A stretch of DNA of 64,000 nt, taken from positions 175,157 to 239,156 of the forward strand of contig DYGI01000001.1 of assembly GCA_020724805.1 (NCBI GenBank), in the 5' to 3' direction. Below, one piece after another: positions 16,047 to 25,344 of this stretch. The notes below the pieces were generated by a model. It was not told where the DNA came from. It made no database searches and was given only the letters and a program-made list of their open reading frames with translations. The DNA comes from Candidatus Microgenomatus sp. Lineage in GTDB: Bacteria > Patescibacteriota > Minisyncoccia > UBA6257 > GWB1-50-10. The position numbers and the translations under genes are program-made. Each line of letters starts with the position of its first letter. The first letter of the stretch is position 1.

Positions 16047-16406
16047 GTGAAAAGCCACCGGGAGTTGGAAGTTTGGAAAAGAAGCATGGAACTCGTAAAG
16101 AAAGTCTACGAGCTTACCAGTAAATTTCCCCCATCAGAGACGTGCGGAATCATAAGTCAAATCCGCCGTGCCTCCGTTTCTATTCCTTCGAATATCGCAG
16201 AAGGATATCAGCGTGGCTCTCGAAAGGAATATTTGAATTTCATAAGAATCTCTTTTGGATCTGGTGCAGAGCTCGAAACACAGCTTGAGTTGGCAAAAGA
16301 GCTTTCGTTAGCGCCCTCGAAGGATTTTGAGGTCCCAGAGCAACTTCTCAATGAGGCTATGCGGATGCTGAATGGACTTATCCACAGCCTCGCTTCTAGG
16401 CCCTAG
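16047..16406 (+). CDS. four-helix-bundle protein (23S rRNA intervening-sequence protein family)
   Basis: 119 aa, GTG start. ELEVWKRSMELVKKVYELTSKFPPSETCGIISQIRRASVSIPSNIAEGYQRGSRKEYLNFIRISFGSGAELETQLELAK matches the conserved core of this family. Confidence 0.8.
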   Translation: MKSHRELEVWKRSMELVKKVYELTSKFPPSETCGIISQIRRASVSIPSNIAEGYQRGSRKEYLNFIRISFGSGAELETQLELAKELSLAPSKDFEVPEQLLNEAMRMLNGLIHSLASRP

Positions 16407-16428
16407 CCCCTATACCCCAGTCCCTATC
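16396..16428. repeat. TAGGG-rich inverted repeat, right flank of the four-helix-bundle gene
   Basis: ctaggccctagcccctataccccagtccctatc. Reverse complement gatagggactggggtataggggctagggcctag mirrors the left flank modules. Confidence 0.5.
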
Positions 16429-16652
16429 TTCTTCCGTAACTACGAGGGGGATTTCTTCGTTTTATCTGATGAGCGCGGAAAAACTTGAGTTTTTCGGCGT
16501 TTCCTAGTACCTTAGTCAGTAGACAGTGTCCGTAGCTTTCAGTGTGAGGCTGAAAGATATGGGACCGGGAGAAAGTGCCGCAGAACGCACGAAATGAACG
16601 TTCCGCGGTGTCGCCTTATCGTAAGGCGGGCTTTCTTTCGTGGTTCCATCAC

Positions 16653-16687
16653 CCTCGCACCGAAATGCGAGGTTTTCTGTTTTTTCC
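16653..16687 (+). terminator. rho-independent terminator/attenuator within the long leader upstream of the giant surface-protein gene
   Basis: cctcgca-ccgaaa-tgcgagg then ttttctgttttttcc. Confidence 0.55.
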
Positions 16688-16874
16688 AATCAATATCGTC
16701 CTTTTCCCGTCCTCCGTGCCTCCGATCCTCACTAGGTTGGTACACGTCGAAACAGGGTGGGGGAAGCATCCAGAAACTCGTAAAGGTCGAAACATACGAA
16801 AATATGTTTGGTCGATTATCCTTCGACAGACTCAGGATAACCCTGAGTGAAATCGAAGGGTTACAACTACAGAA

Positions 16875-19800
16875 ATGAACAAATCATTCAAGAAAGTTGC
16901 GTCCATAGGGCTCTCGCTTTCAACAGCGGTGTACCTCTTTGGAGCCGCGGCGATTCCTGCAGGGGCACAAACCACTGCGGATCTCCAGGCCCAAATTGCG
17001 GCCCTTTTGGCGCAGATCAATGCATTGCAATCCCAACTCGCGGCGCAGTCTGGCGGTGGTGCCGTTGCGTCTTCGTACAGTTTTACCCGCAACCTCACGG
17101 TGGGTTCGACTGGCGCTGACGTGCGTGCCCTCCAACAGTGGCTGAACGCGAATGGGTATCAAGTTTCCGCGAGCGGCGCCGGTAGCCCCGGCAACGAGAC
17201 GCAGTACTTCGGTCCCGCGACTCGCACAGCCCTCGCAAAGTATCAGGCAGCGGTGGGAATTTCCCCTGCGGCAGGGTACTTCGGTCCTATCACTCGCGCA
17301 CGCGTAAGCGCCGCGGGCGGTACGACCACCCCAGGCACGGGGCCGGTGGTTATCCCTTCATCGGGTCTCCAGGTGAGCCTCGCGTCTGACAGTCCTTCCG
17401 CGGCCGTGGCGCCTCTCGGTGCCGCCGGCGTGGTGTTTGCGAAGTTCAATGTGGCCGGCAGCGGTACGTTGGACGGCATCACCTTCAAGCGGATGGGCGT
17501 TGGTGGCACCGGCGACTTCGCCGCAAGCGGTATTTACCTCTACGAGGGAAACACTCGCTTGACGACGGGCCGGAGCATCAACTCCACGAGCCACGAGGTC
17601 TCGTTCCTTAACCTCGGTCTTTCGATCTCTGGCGTGCGGACCCTCTCGCTTGTCGCGGACATTTCGTCCTCCGGCCAAGCGGGGAACCGCAACCACTTCG
17701 AGTTGGTCTCCGCGTCCGGTACGCCGACCCCTTCGGGGACGGTGATCGGCCGTGATATCACTCTCGCGGGCCAGTCTGTCGGAAGCGTCACCGCGACGAG
17801 CGGTGCGGCACCTTCCAACCCCAAAGTGGGTCAGGTTGGCGCCAAAGTCGCCGAGTTCATGCTTCAAGCAGGCTCGACGGAAGACATTGAGATCCGCCGT
17901 ATTGCACTCACGGAAGGCGGCTCCATCGCGAACTCGTACCTCACGAACTTCCAGTTGAAGTACGCGGGGAACGTAATCGCGACGGCCTCCGGTGTGGGCG
18001 CGAAGGATCTTGTGTCGTTCGAAATGGCGACCCCGTTCCTCTTGGAAAAGGGTCAACAGCGCACGTTCGAGGTGTACGCTGACATCGGTGGTGGCGCACG
18101 TTCGGCAGACACGATCGTGTTCTACTTCGACAGCAAGGCGGACATCTACGCGATCGGTAAGACCTACGGATACCCCGTGGATCCGACGATCACCGCGCTT
18201 GACGCTACTTCGGACGGTGACACGCTGACCCTCTCGGGCGGCGACATCACCATCACCTTCAACGGTCCTATTGCGGGCGACGTAGCGCTCCGCGGTCAGG
18301 ATGTGACGGTGTATGACTTCACGATTGCGTCCCTCAATAACATTGAGATCCGCAACCTTCGTTTCCACGCTACCACGACTGGTATGACGGCGAACGAAGG
18401 CTTCACGGATTTCAAGGTATGGGATGCGACGGCGAACAGTGTTGTCACGAGCGCGACCGACGTTACGACCTCGACGGATGTGACCTTCACGGATGTGTTG
18501 AACATCAGCGCGGGTCAGTCGAAGAGGTTTAAGGTGACGGTGGACATCGACTCGGACAACGACGACACGACGGACACGCTCCTTGTGTCGCTCCTTGCGT
18601 TCCAAGCGAACGACATTCGGAACTTGGACAACAACACGTACGTGGCAACCTCGGTTATCGTGCCGAACAGCACGGTTTCGGGGAACACGATGACGGTGAA
18701 GGCGCCGGCGTTGGACATCCAACTCTCGGCAACGCCGTCCTCGCAGACGTATGTGAAGGGTACGCAGAACGTGGACTTGGTCGGGTTGAGCTTCCGGGCA
18801 GTATCTTCAAATGTCCGCTTGAGCTCGGTCCGCATCACAGCAACCGCGTCCTCGGGCACCCTGACCTCGGGCGAAGTCACCAGCCTCGGCCTCTACGACG
18901 GCGCGAGCTTGGCGGGGAACTCCACCGTAGAATCGCTCGACACGTCGAACTTGAACGCGACGTTCGACAACATCAACGTGGTTATCCCGATGGGTACGAC
19001 GAAAGTGTTCACCGTTCGCGGTAACATCTCGTCCGACACCACGGTGGGTGACACGTTCTACTTCTACCTCGCGACTGCGACAGCGAACGATGTGACTGCC
19101 TACGACTCCGAAGGGAACGCGGTAAACCTCCAAGGGACCGCGGCGAACTCCGGTGGTACGGTCATCGCATCGGTGGCGAACGTGGGTGACGTGACGGTGG
19201 CGAAAGCCGCCGACGACTCCGACTCCGAAGCCGGCATCATAGTGGCGGGTCGTGAGCAGACGCTCGCGAAGTTCCGCTTCACGGCGGCGAACGAGGCGGT
19301 GACAGTGAACAAGCTCCAGCTCCTTGTGGTGCCGACGAGCTCCGCAACGGCCACTTCCTCGGCTTCGGCTGATGAGGTACCGGTGGTGAAGCTTTACGAT
19401 GGTTCCAACCAGATCGGTAACACGTCCGGGTACACGGTCCAGGCATCGGGTGACAACTCCGGTGTCGTCGTGATCGAGAACCTCGGATGGGGTATCGGTA
19501 AGGATGCTTCGAAGACCCTCACGGTAAAGGGAGTGTTGAACTCCACTTCCGGTGGGGCGGACTCTGGCGCTTCGGTGTACGTAAGCGTGATGAGCTCCGG
19601 CTTTGAGGCACAGGGCGCGACAGCGAAGGACACCACGATCACGGCTGCGACGGCAAACCAGAAGGTGGTCTACAAGACGAAGCCCACCATCTCGGTTGCG
19701 GCAGGCGACACTACGCTTACGACCGGCCTCCGCAAGGTGATGAAATTCACCGTGGCGGCGGACTCGGCTGAGCAGGTGGCGTGGAAGAAGATGCAACTTG

Positions 19801-20303
19801 CGGTTTCGATGACTGGCGCGACCATGACCGCGGCCTCCGCGGCTCCTGGCACGACCGGCACCATCCAGATTAAAGAGGTTGGTGCGTCTTCGAACCTCAA
19901 CGTGGCAACCGGGTACAGCGGCTCGACCGCGACTGCTTCGACTACCGACGCAATCGTGGGCGGCAGCACTGGATACGTGACCTTTATCCTCAATGCTGAG
20001 GAGGTCATTCCGGCGGGCGGCAGCAAATCGTACGAGGTTTATCTCACGTTTGCGAACCTCACCTCCGGTTCCGGCAACTCTTCCGCGGTGGTGAACCTCC
20101 ACCGTCAGGAATCGACGGTGGTAGCCGCAACGACGTACGCGAATGCTGAAAACAGCGACGCGAACGGCGTTGAGAACGGTTCACCTTCGTTCATCTGGTC
20201 CGACTACTCGACTGTGGGGCACAGCGAGGCGACGTCGGCCGACTGGGCGAACGGCGTCTTTGTGAAGGAACTTCCGTCTACGTCCTTCACGCTCTCGAAC
20301 TAG
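16875..20303 (+). CDS. giant secreted/cell-surface protein with N-terminal peptidoglycan-binding domain and long Thr/Ser/Gly/Val-rich beta-repeat region
   Basis: 1142 aa. Signal peptide then coiled coil. STGADVRALQQWLNANGY...FGPATRTALAKYQAAVGI matches PG_binding_1. Remainder low-complexity beta-rich, adhesin/S-layer-like. Confidence 0.7.
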   Translation: MNKSFKKVASIGLSLSTAVYLFGAAAIPAGAQTTADLQAQIAALLAQINALQSQLAAQSGGGAVASSYSFTRNLTVGSTGADVRALQQWLNANGYQVSASGAGSPGNETQYFGPATRTALAKYQAAVGISPAAGYFGPITRARVSAAGGTTTPGTGPVVIPSSGLQVSLASDSPSAAVAPLGAAGVVFAKFNVAGSGTLDGITFKRMGVGGTGDFAASGIYLYEGNTRLTTGRSINSTSHEVSFLNLGLSISGVRTLSLVADISSSGQAGNRNHFELVSASGTPTPSGTVIGRDITLAGQSVGSVTATSGAAPSNPKVGQVGAKVAEFMLQAGSTEDIEIRRIALTEGGSIANSYLTNFQLKYAGNVIATASGVGAKDLVSFEMATPFLLEKGQQRTFEVYADIGGGARSADTIVFYFDSKADIYAIGKTYGYPVDPTITALDATSDGDTLTLSGGDITITFNGPIAGDVALRGQDVTVYDFTIASLNNIEIRNLRFHATTTGMTANEGFTDFKVWDATANSVVTSATDVTTSTDVTFTDVLNISAGQSKRFKVTVDIDSDNDDTTDTLLVSLLAFQANDIRNLDNNTYVATSVIVPNSTVSGNTMTVKAPALDIQLSATPSSQTYVKGTQNVDLVGLSFRAVSSNVRLSSVRITATASSGTLTSGEVTSLGLYDGASLAGNSTVESLDTSNLNATFDNINVVIPMGTTKVFTVRGNISSDTTVGDTFYFYLATATANDVTAYDSEGNAVNLQGTAANSGGTVIASVANVGDVTVAKAADDSDSEAGIIVAGREQTLAKFRFTAANEAVTVNKLQLLVVPTSSATATSSASADEVPVVKLYDGSNQIGNTSGYTVQASGDNSGVVVIENLGWGIGKDASKTLTVKGVLNSTSGGADSGASVYVSVMSSGFEAQGATAKDTTITAATANQKVVYKTKPTISVAAGDTTLTTGLRKVMKFTVAADSAEQVAWKKMQLAVSMTGATMTAASAAPGTTGTIQIKEVGASSNLNVATGYSGSTATASTTDAIVGGSTGYVTFILNAEEVIPAGGSKSYEVYLTFANLTSGSGNSSAVVNLHRQESTVVAATTYANAENSDANGVENGSPSFIWSDYSTVGHSEATSADWANGVFVKELPSTSFTLSN

Positions 20304-20330
20304 TACCGAAAGGTATTCGTTTGGAAAGCC

Positions 20331-20357
20331 AAAAAGGGCCCTCACGGGCCCTTTTTG
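20331..20357 (+). terminator. rho-independent terminator after the surface-protein gene
   Basis: aaaaagggccc-tcac-gggccctttttg. Confidence 0.65.
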
Positions 20358-20376
20358 TTTCTGCTAGAATGGGCGT

Positions 20377-22656
20377 GTGCTGAAAGTCGCAAAATGGTGT
20401 CTTTTTCTTACCGCGCTCACCCCTCTCATCATTACGAACGAGGTTTATTTTCCCTTTGTGTTGGGAAAGATGGTGTGGTATCGGTCGCTTACCGAGCTTG
20501 CGCTCGCGCTTCTCTTCGGGTGGCTTGCGTGGGCAATCATCACGAAACATGAAGTTGCAACGCCGCTCCTCCCTGGTTTCACGCGGGTTAAAGATTTTCT
20601 TAAGAGCCCCACTACCGTGGCGACGCTCGTTTTTTTTGTTTCTTTGGCATTAAGCGTCATTTTTGCGGTGAACGGATACCGCGCATTTTGGGGAGACATC
20701 GAACGCGCCGAGGGATTTTTCGGCATGCTCCACTATCTTGGGTTTGCGGTCGCGGCACTTCTCCTTTTTGAGCGGAAGGATTGGACAACTTATTTCAAGT
20801 TCTCAGTGGGGGTAGGATTTGTCCTCGCGTTCTACGCGTTTCTCCAATGGGCAGGCGTGGAATCGTTCCCGTTCGCACGCCCCTCCCAGCCACGTGCAGA
20901 TTCATTCATAGGGAATGCCGCATTCCTTGCGACTCACATGTTCTTTTTCGCGCTTTTCGCCTGGTTTCTTACGAAGGAGCCGTCCAAATGGTGGCGCATC
21001 GCGGCATTTCTCGCGATTCCGGTCAGCATACTTATAATGTTTTTCACTGGTACCCGCGGTGCGATACTCGGTGTCGGCGCGGCCATCGTTGCGTTCCTCG
21101 TCGGCGTGCTCATTCGGAGCGAGCGATGGCGAGGAATTTCGCTCCGCATGGGCGCTTCCGTTTTGCTCGCGGTGATCGCGGTTGGCACGGTTGGTTTTTG
21201 GGTAACGCGTGACGCGGCTTTATGGCAGAAAGTTCCCGGGTTGGACCGGCTCGCGCGTACCGCAACACTCGATAAAGCCGACGCATCCACGCAGGTGCGG
21301 CTTATCACTTGGCGCGTTTCCTGGGAAGCATTCAAAGAAAAACCCGTGTTCGGGTGGGGTCCCGAGAACTACCTTGTGGCATATGAAAAGCATTACGACC
21401 CCGACTACGCCATTTATGGAGAAACGTGGCTTGACCGTGCGCACAACAAATTTTTTGACCTTCTTGTAATGCAAGGAATTGTGGGTGTGCTCACGTACAT
21501 TGCTCTTATAATTACGCTCCTCGCCACCGCATTTCGCCGCACAAAACATCTTTTCGTGCCGCTCTTTGTGTTTGTGGTCGGCTATAGCGTTCAAAACTTG
21601 GTGCTTTTCGACCAAATCGTCTCGTACGCGACATTTTTCGCGCTTCTCGCGTTTGTCATTCACGAATCGACGCCGCTTGTGGGCGAAGCGGTTGTACCCG
21701 TTTCTCCAAGAGCGCGATTGGGTATTGCAAGCGGAGGAGTGGTGCTCGTCGTATTGATGGGAATATCGCTCTATGCATGGAATGCGATGCCGTATGCGCA
21801 GGCAAAAGCGCTTTTGGAATCCCCGAAACTCGGTGATATTCAAAAAGTGATTGGACGCGTGAAAGATGGTTTTTACCCCTACAACTTCGCGCAGTATACC
21901 CTGCGGGGGCAGGCTATCGACACGGTGTACCTCGACCAGTTCTTTTACCACGAGCCCTATCGCACGAAGGAGAGTTTCAAGCCGCTTGGCGAACTCCTTC
22001 TTGAAGGAATGGATGAGATCATCCGGCGCGAACCATACGATGTGCGCATTATGCTCCGCTATGTGGAAATGCTCGATGCACTTTCGCGCGAGGACGAATC
22101 GCTCTACCCGAAGATGGAAAGCGTGCTCCGTGTGGCGCGGGAAATCGCGCCTCACCGACAAGAAGTGCTCTATCACCTTGCCGCAAACCTTGCGAAGCAG
22201 GGGAAGGTCGAAGAAGGGCTCGCGGTGGCTCGCGAGGCGGTCGCGCTTTCTCCCGAGGTTCCCCGCGCTCATTTCTATCTTTCGCTCATTCTTGCGGCTG
22301 CCGGAGAAGACGAAGAAGGCAAGCAAGAGATCCTTCGTGCGGAAGAACTTAGCCCCGACTTCTCCGGATTCTTGAGCCATGACCACAATACATTCATGAT
22401 GCTCTACCAAAGCTGGGGAATGCGCGACAAAGTGGCCGCGCTTGCGCTCCGGAGCGCTCAAGGGCCTGTGCGGTTTTCGTTCAATACTGAGTATTACTAT
22501 TTCGGGCTCGGTTTTTTCGCGGAACAAAGAGATGCCGAGAGTTTCATCGCGATTGCCGATTATCTTAAAGAAATTGATAAAGGGAATGCGGAAAGCTTGG
22601 ATATACTTATTGATCTTGCGCGTAATGGTAATTGGAACATTATCGAAACATTATGA
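20377..22656 (+). CDS. O-antigen ligase-like (Wzy_C) polytopic membrane protein fused to C-terminal TPR repeats
   Basis: 759 aa, GTG start. About 11 TM helices with MFFTGTRGAILGVGAAIV (Wzy_C-like); C-terminal about 250 aa helical TPR-like. Confidence 0.65.
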   Translation: MLKVAKWCLFLTALTPLIITNEVYFPFVLGKMVWYRSLTELALALLFGWLAWAIITKHEVATPLLPGFTRVKDFLKSPTTVATLVFFVSLALSVIFAVNGYRAFWGDIERAEGFFGMLHYLGFAVAALLLFERKDWTTYFKFSVGVGFVLAFYAFLQWAGVESFPFARPSQPRADSFIGNAAFLATHMFFFALFAWFLTKEPSKWWRIAAFLAIPVSILIMFFTGTRGAILGVGAAIVAFLVGVLIRSERWRGISLRMGASVLLAVIAVGTVGFWVTRDAALWQKVPGLDRLARTATLDKADASTQVRLITWRVSWEAFKEKPVFGWGPENYLVAYEKHYDPDYAIYGETWLDRAHNKFFDLLVMQGIVGVLTYIALIITLLATAFRRTKHLFVPLFVFVVGYSVQNLVLFDQIVSYATFFALLAFVIHESTPLVGEAVVPVSPRARLGIASGGVVLVVLMGISLYAWNAMPYAQAKALLESPKLGDIQKVIGRVKDGFYPYNFAQYTLRGQAIDTVYLDQFFYHEPYRTKESFKPLGELLLEGMDEIIRREPYDVRIMLRYVEMLDALSREDESLYPKMESVLRVAREIAPHRQEVLYHLAANLAKQGKVEEGLAVAREAVALSPEVPRAHFYLSLILAAAGEDEEGKQEILRAEELSPDFSGFLSHDHNTFMMLYQSWGMRDKVAALALRSAQGPVRFSFNTEYYYFGLGFFAEQRDAESFIAIADYLKEIDKGNAESLDILIDLARNGNWNIIETL

Positions 22657-24590
22657 GCGGACCGGAAGCTTTTCCATTTAAAATAGCGCGAGGGTTTCTC
22701 TACCTTTCGGCGCTTTATGTGGCGATTGTGACGCCTTCCACTCTTTTCCCCTTCATTGTGGGAAAGTACGCATGGTTTCGCGGTACGGTGGATTTGGCGC
22801 TTATCGCGTTCGCGCTCGGTCTCCTCTTTTACGATGCGAAAGGAGAATGGGGGATGCGGCTCAAAGAAGTTTTTCGCAAGCCGCTTGTTGTTGCGGTTGG
22901 AATATTTACACTCGCATTCCTTCTCGCGGGATTTTTCGGTGTAGACCCTGCGATGTCTTTCTGGTCCAACTTCGAAAGGGGAGAAGGAGGTATTCAACTG
23001 CTCCACCTTTTCGTGTTTTCCATGCTCCTCGTCGCTCTTTTTCGTGACGAGAAAGAATGGCGTCGTTTTTTTGTATGGGCGCTCACCGGCGGAGCGCTTT
23101 CCATTCTTTATGGATTTTTTGCCGCATGGGACGTGCCCGGGTTCATAGGTGCGCGATTCGCCGAGTCGGGGTTTCGTTTTCAGGCATCCATCGGTAACCC
23201 CGCGTATGTGGCGGCGATGGCGATATTTTTGGCGTTCTACGTGGGGTATCTCCTTTGGTCCCGGTATCGCACGCGGCTTTTTGTTTCTGTAGGGGCATGG
23301 GCATTATGGGGTCTCCTTGTGTTCTTCGGGGCGGCCTTTATACTCGCCGCGACCCGCGGGGCGTTCCTTGGATTTCTCGCGGGACTACTCGTGGGGACGG
23401 GGTATTTCGTGTTTATGCACCGCGCATGGCGGAGATGGTTTGTGGCGGGAGCGATAGCCCTTGTCCTTACGGTCGGGACAATGGTGTTCTTCAAAGATTC
23501 GCAGTTCGTGAAGTCGATTCCGGGGTCGCGTATTTTCGACATATCGCTCACTGCGGAAACTTTCCAGCACCGGGCGATTATGTGGGGCATGGCGCTCGAA
23601 GGGTGGAAAGAGCGCCCGCTTCTTGGGTGGGGACCGGAAAATTACATTCAAGTATTTGATAGGAAACTGGATCCCGCATATTTCAAGCCGGCCGAAGGAT
23701 TCGGTGCATGGTTCGACAGGGCGCACAGTATTTATTTCGACTATCTTGCGGAGACGGGAGCCCTCGGCTTTCTCGGGTTTGTAGGCATATTTGCGGTGCT
23801 CGGAGTGCACCTGTTTCGCCGAGAAGAAAAGATGGAGGAATCCATGCTTCCGCGTGCGCTTATAATTGGCGCAATCGTGGCGTATCTCGTGCAAGGCATC
23901 GCACTTTTTGACGTACTTCCCATTTACTACAATCTTTTTGTGGTGCTTGCGTTCAGCGCGTTTTATTTTTCATCTCCAACCCTGAAACCTCACGCTTCCG
24001 TTTCTCTATCGTTTCTACGCACCTTTTTTGGCGTCATTCTTATATTATTGTCCGCGGCATCGCTCATTTTTGGCGTATATGCGCCAGTATCACGAGCGCG
24101 CGCCTATATTGGTGCGCTTCAGACTATGTCTTCCGTGAACAGTATTGAGGGTTTCAAGGCTCACTTTAACCCTGCAATTAAGCATTGGTCTCCGGTGGGA
24201 GGAGAAGAGGTGGTTAAATTTCTCGGAAACGATATTTTAAATATCATCGCGGGAGGGAATCAGGACGAGCAAGGGGCGCGGGCGCTCGTTACTTATATTG
24301 AACCCTATATTTTCAAGGACAATGTGCGCCATCTTATCCTTGGAGGAAACCTCTATAAGGTGCTTTGGGAAAAGTATGGGAAGAGGGAAGATGATTATCG
24401 GCGCGCCGAAGGGTACTACGCGGCGGCGTTTCGCATTGGCCCCGGACTTCCGCCGGTGCTTTATTCCTTGCTCGATCTCGCGCTGAAAGGCGGTGAAGCG
24501 GAAAAGGCGCAAGCAGTGGGGGCAGAAATTCTCCGTTTGTGGCCTGATGCGGCGGACGTTGTGACCGCGCTCCAGTCTACCTCCGAGTGA
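22653..24590 (+). CDS. O-antigen ligase-like membrane protein with C-terminal TPR repeats (paralog of the preceding gene)
   Basis: Start set at ATGA overlap with the upstream stop. Same architecture (GAAFILAATRGAFLGFLAGLLV; WGPENYIQVFDRK compared with WGPENYLVAYEKH in the paralog). Confidence 0.65.
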   Translation: MSGPEAFPFKIARGFLYLSALYVAIVTPSTLFPFIVGKYAWFRGTVDLALIAFALGLLFYDAKGEWGMRLKEVFRKPLVVAVGIFTLAFLLAGFFGVDPAMSFWSNFERGEGGIQLLHLFVFSMLLVALFRDEKEWRRFFVWALTGGALSILYGFFAAWDVPGFIGARFAESGFRFQASIGNPAYVAAMAIFLAFYVGYLLWSRYRTRLFVSVGAWALWGLLVFFGAAFILAATRGAFLGFLAGLLVGTGYFVFMHRAWRRWFVAGAIALVLTVGTMVFFKDSQFVKSIPGSRIFDISLTAETFQHRAIMWGMALEGWKERPLLGWGPENYIQVFDRKLDPAYFKPAEGFGAWFDRAHSIYFDYLAETGALGFLGFVGIFAVLGVHLFRREEKMEESMLPRALIIGAIVAYLVQGIALFDVLPIYYNLFVVLAFSAFYFSSPTLKPHASVSLSFLRTFFGVILILLSAASLIFGVYAPVSRARAYIGALQTMSSVNSIEGFKAHFNPAIKHWSPVGGEEVVKFLGNDILNIIAGGNQDEQGARALVTYIEPYIFKDNVRHLILGGNLYKVLWEKYGKREDDYRRAEGYYAAAFRIGPGLPPVLYSLLDLALKGGEAEKAQAVGAEILRLWPDAADVVTALQSTSE

Positions 24591-25344
24591 GCTGTGAGAG
24601 GGAAAGAATGGTGCGGTATGCGGTCATCCCAACACTTCCCGATATTGCTAACCTAAAAAGAGCGCGTGTTCGCGGCGGTGCAAATCTTTTGAGCTCGTAA
24701 CGATCATCGCCCTGACTCACACGCCCCGGTCTCATGGTGAAGCAGGCCCCAATACCCACACTTTTTGCTGTCCGTACCGCGTCGGCGCTGTATTCACCGA
24801 ATGGCCATGCAAGGTATCGGGGGGTGGTGGCGGTTTCTTTTTTTATAATTTCCAATGATCTTTTGAGATCGTCCTCGCTCTCTTTCGGCATGCTCGCGGA
24901 GTGATTAATATGACGGTGACCGTGCGATTCAATAGCGACGAGCGGTTCCATAGCCTTGATCTCTTCCCACGTCAGGAACTCCTCGGAGTATCCATGTTCC
25001 ACTATCTCTCGGAACGCCGCGCGATACCCTCCAGTGAAAGGTTTTCTCGGTTGCGTGAGGTGGCGGTTAACGAAACTCGTTGGCGCGAAAATAGTTGCCG
25101 GCACTCCGAGCTTTTTGAGAATTGGGTATGCGTAGAGAAAATTATCTGCCCAGCCGTCGTCGAAGGTGATCGCAAACCCATCCTTTTCCAGCCTTAACTC
25201 GCCCTTCGCAAAAGCCACCACCTTTTCCAGGGTGAGGGGGATAAATTTTTCTTTCAGTTTTTTTATCTGCCACTCGAACGTGTCGGGGTCCGTGTGGTGG
25301 CCGGGATGCACGCGGTGATAAGCGAGAACCAGTACTTTACTCAT
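24577..25344 (-). CDS. polysaccharide deacetylase (NodB-homology, CE4)
   Basis: 255 aa. AITFDDGWADN, HGHRH, LAWPFGEY motifs. Confidence 0.8.
   Translation of the reverse strand: MSKVLVLAYHRVHPGHHTDPDTFEWQIKKLKEKFIPLTLEKVVAFAKGELRLEKDGFAITFDDGWADNFLYAYPILKKLGVPATIFAPTSFVNRHLTQPRKPFTGGYRAAFREIVEHGYSEEFLTWEEIKAMEPLVAIESHGHRHINHSASMPKESEDDLKRSLEIIKKETATTPRYLAWPFGEYSADAVRTAKSVGIGACFTMRPGRVSQGDDRYELKRFAPPRTRALFRLAISGSVGMTAYRTILSLSQLTRR

Noticed and set aside
16467-16500. Hammerhead-ribozyme-like CUGAUGAG...GAAA in the surface-protein leader
   Set aside because: The sequence between CUGAUGA and GAAA (gcgcg) cannot form stem II, and stems I and III are absent. Chance occurrence.
17358-20102. Long minus-strand ORFs (454 aa and 431 aa) antisense to the giant surface-protein gene
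   Set aside because: Arg/Gly/His-rich nonsense typical of the antisense frame of a GC-rich repetitive gene. The plus-strand ORF has a signal peptide, a recognisable PG-binding domain and spans both.
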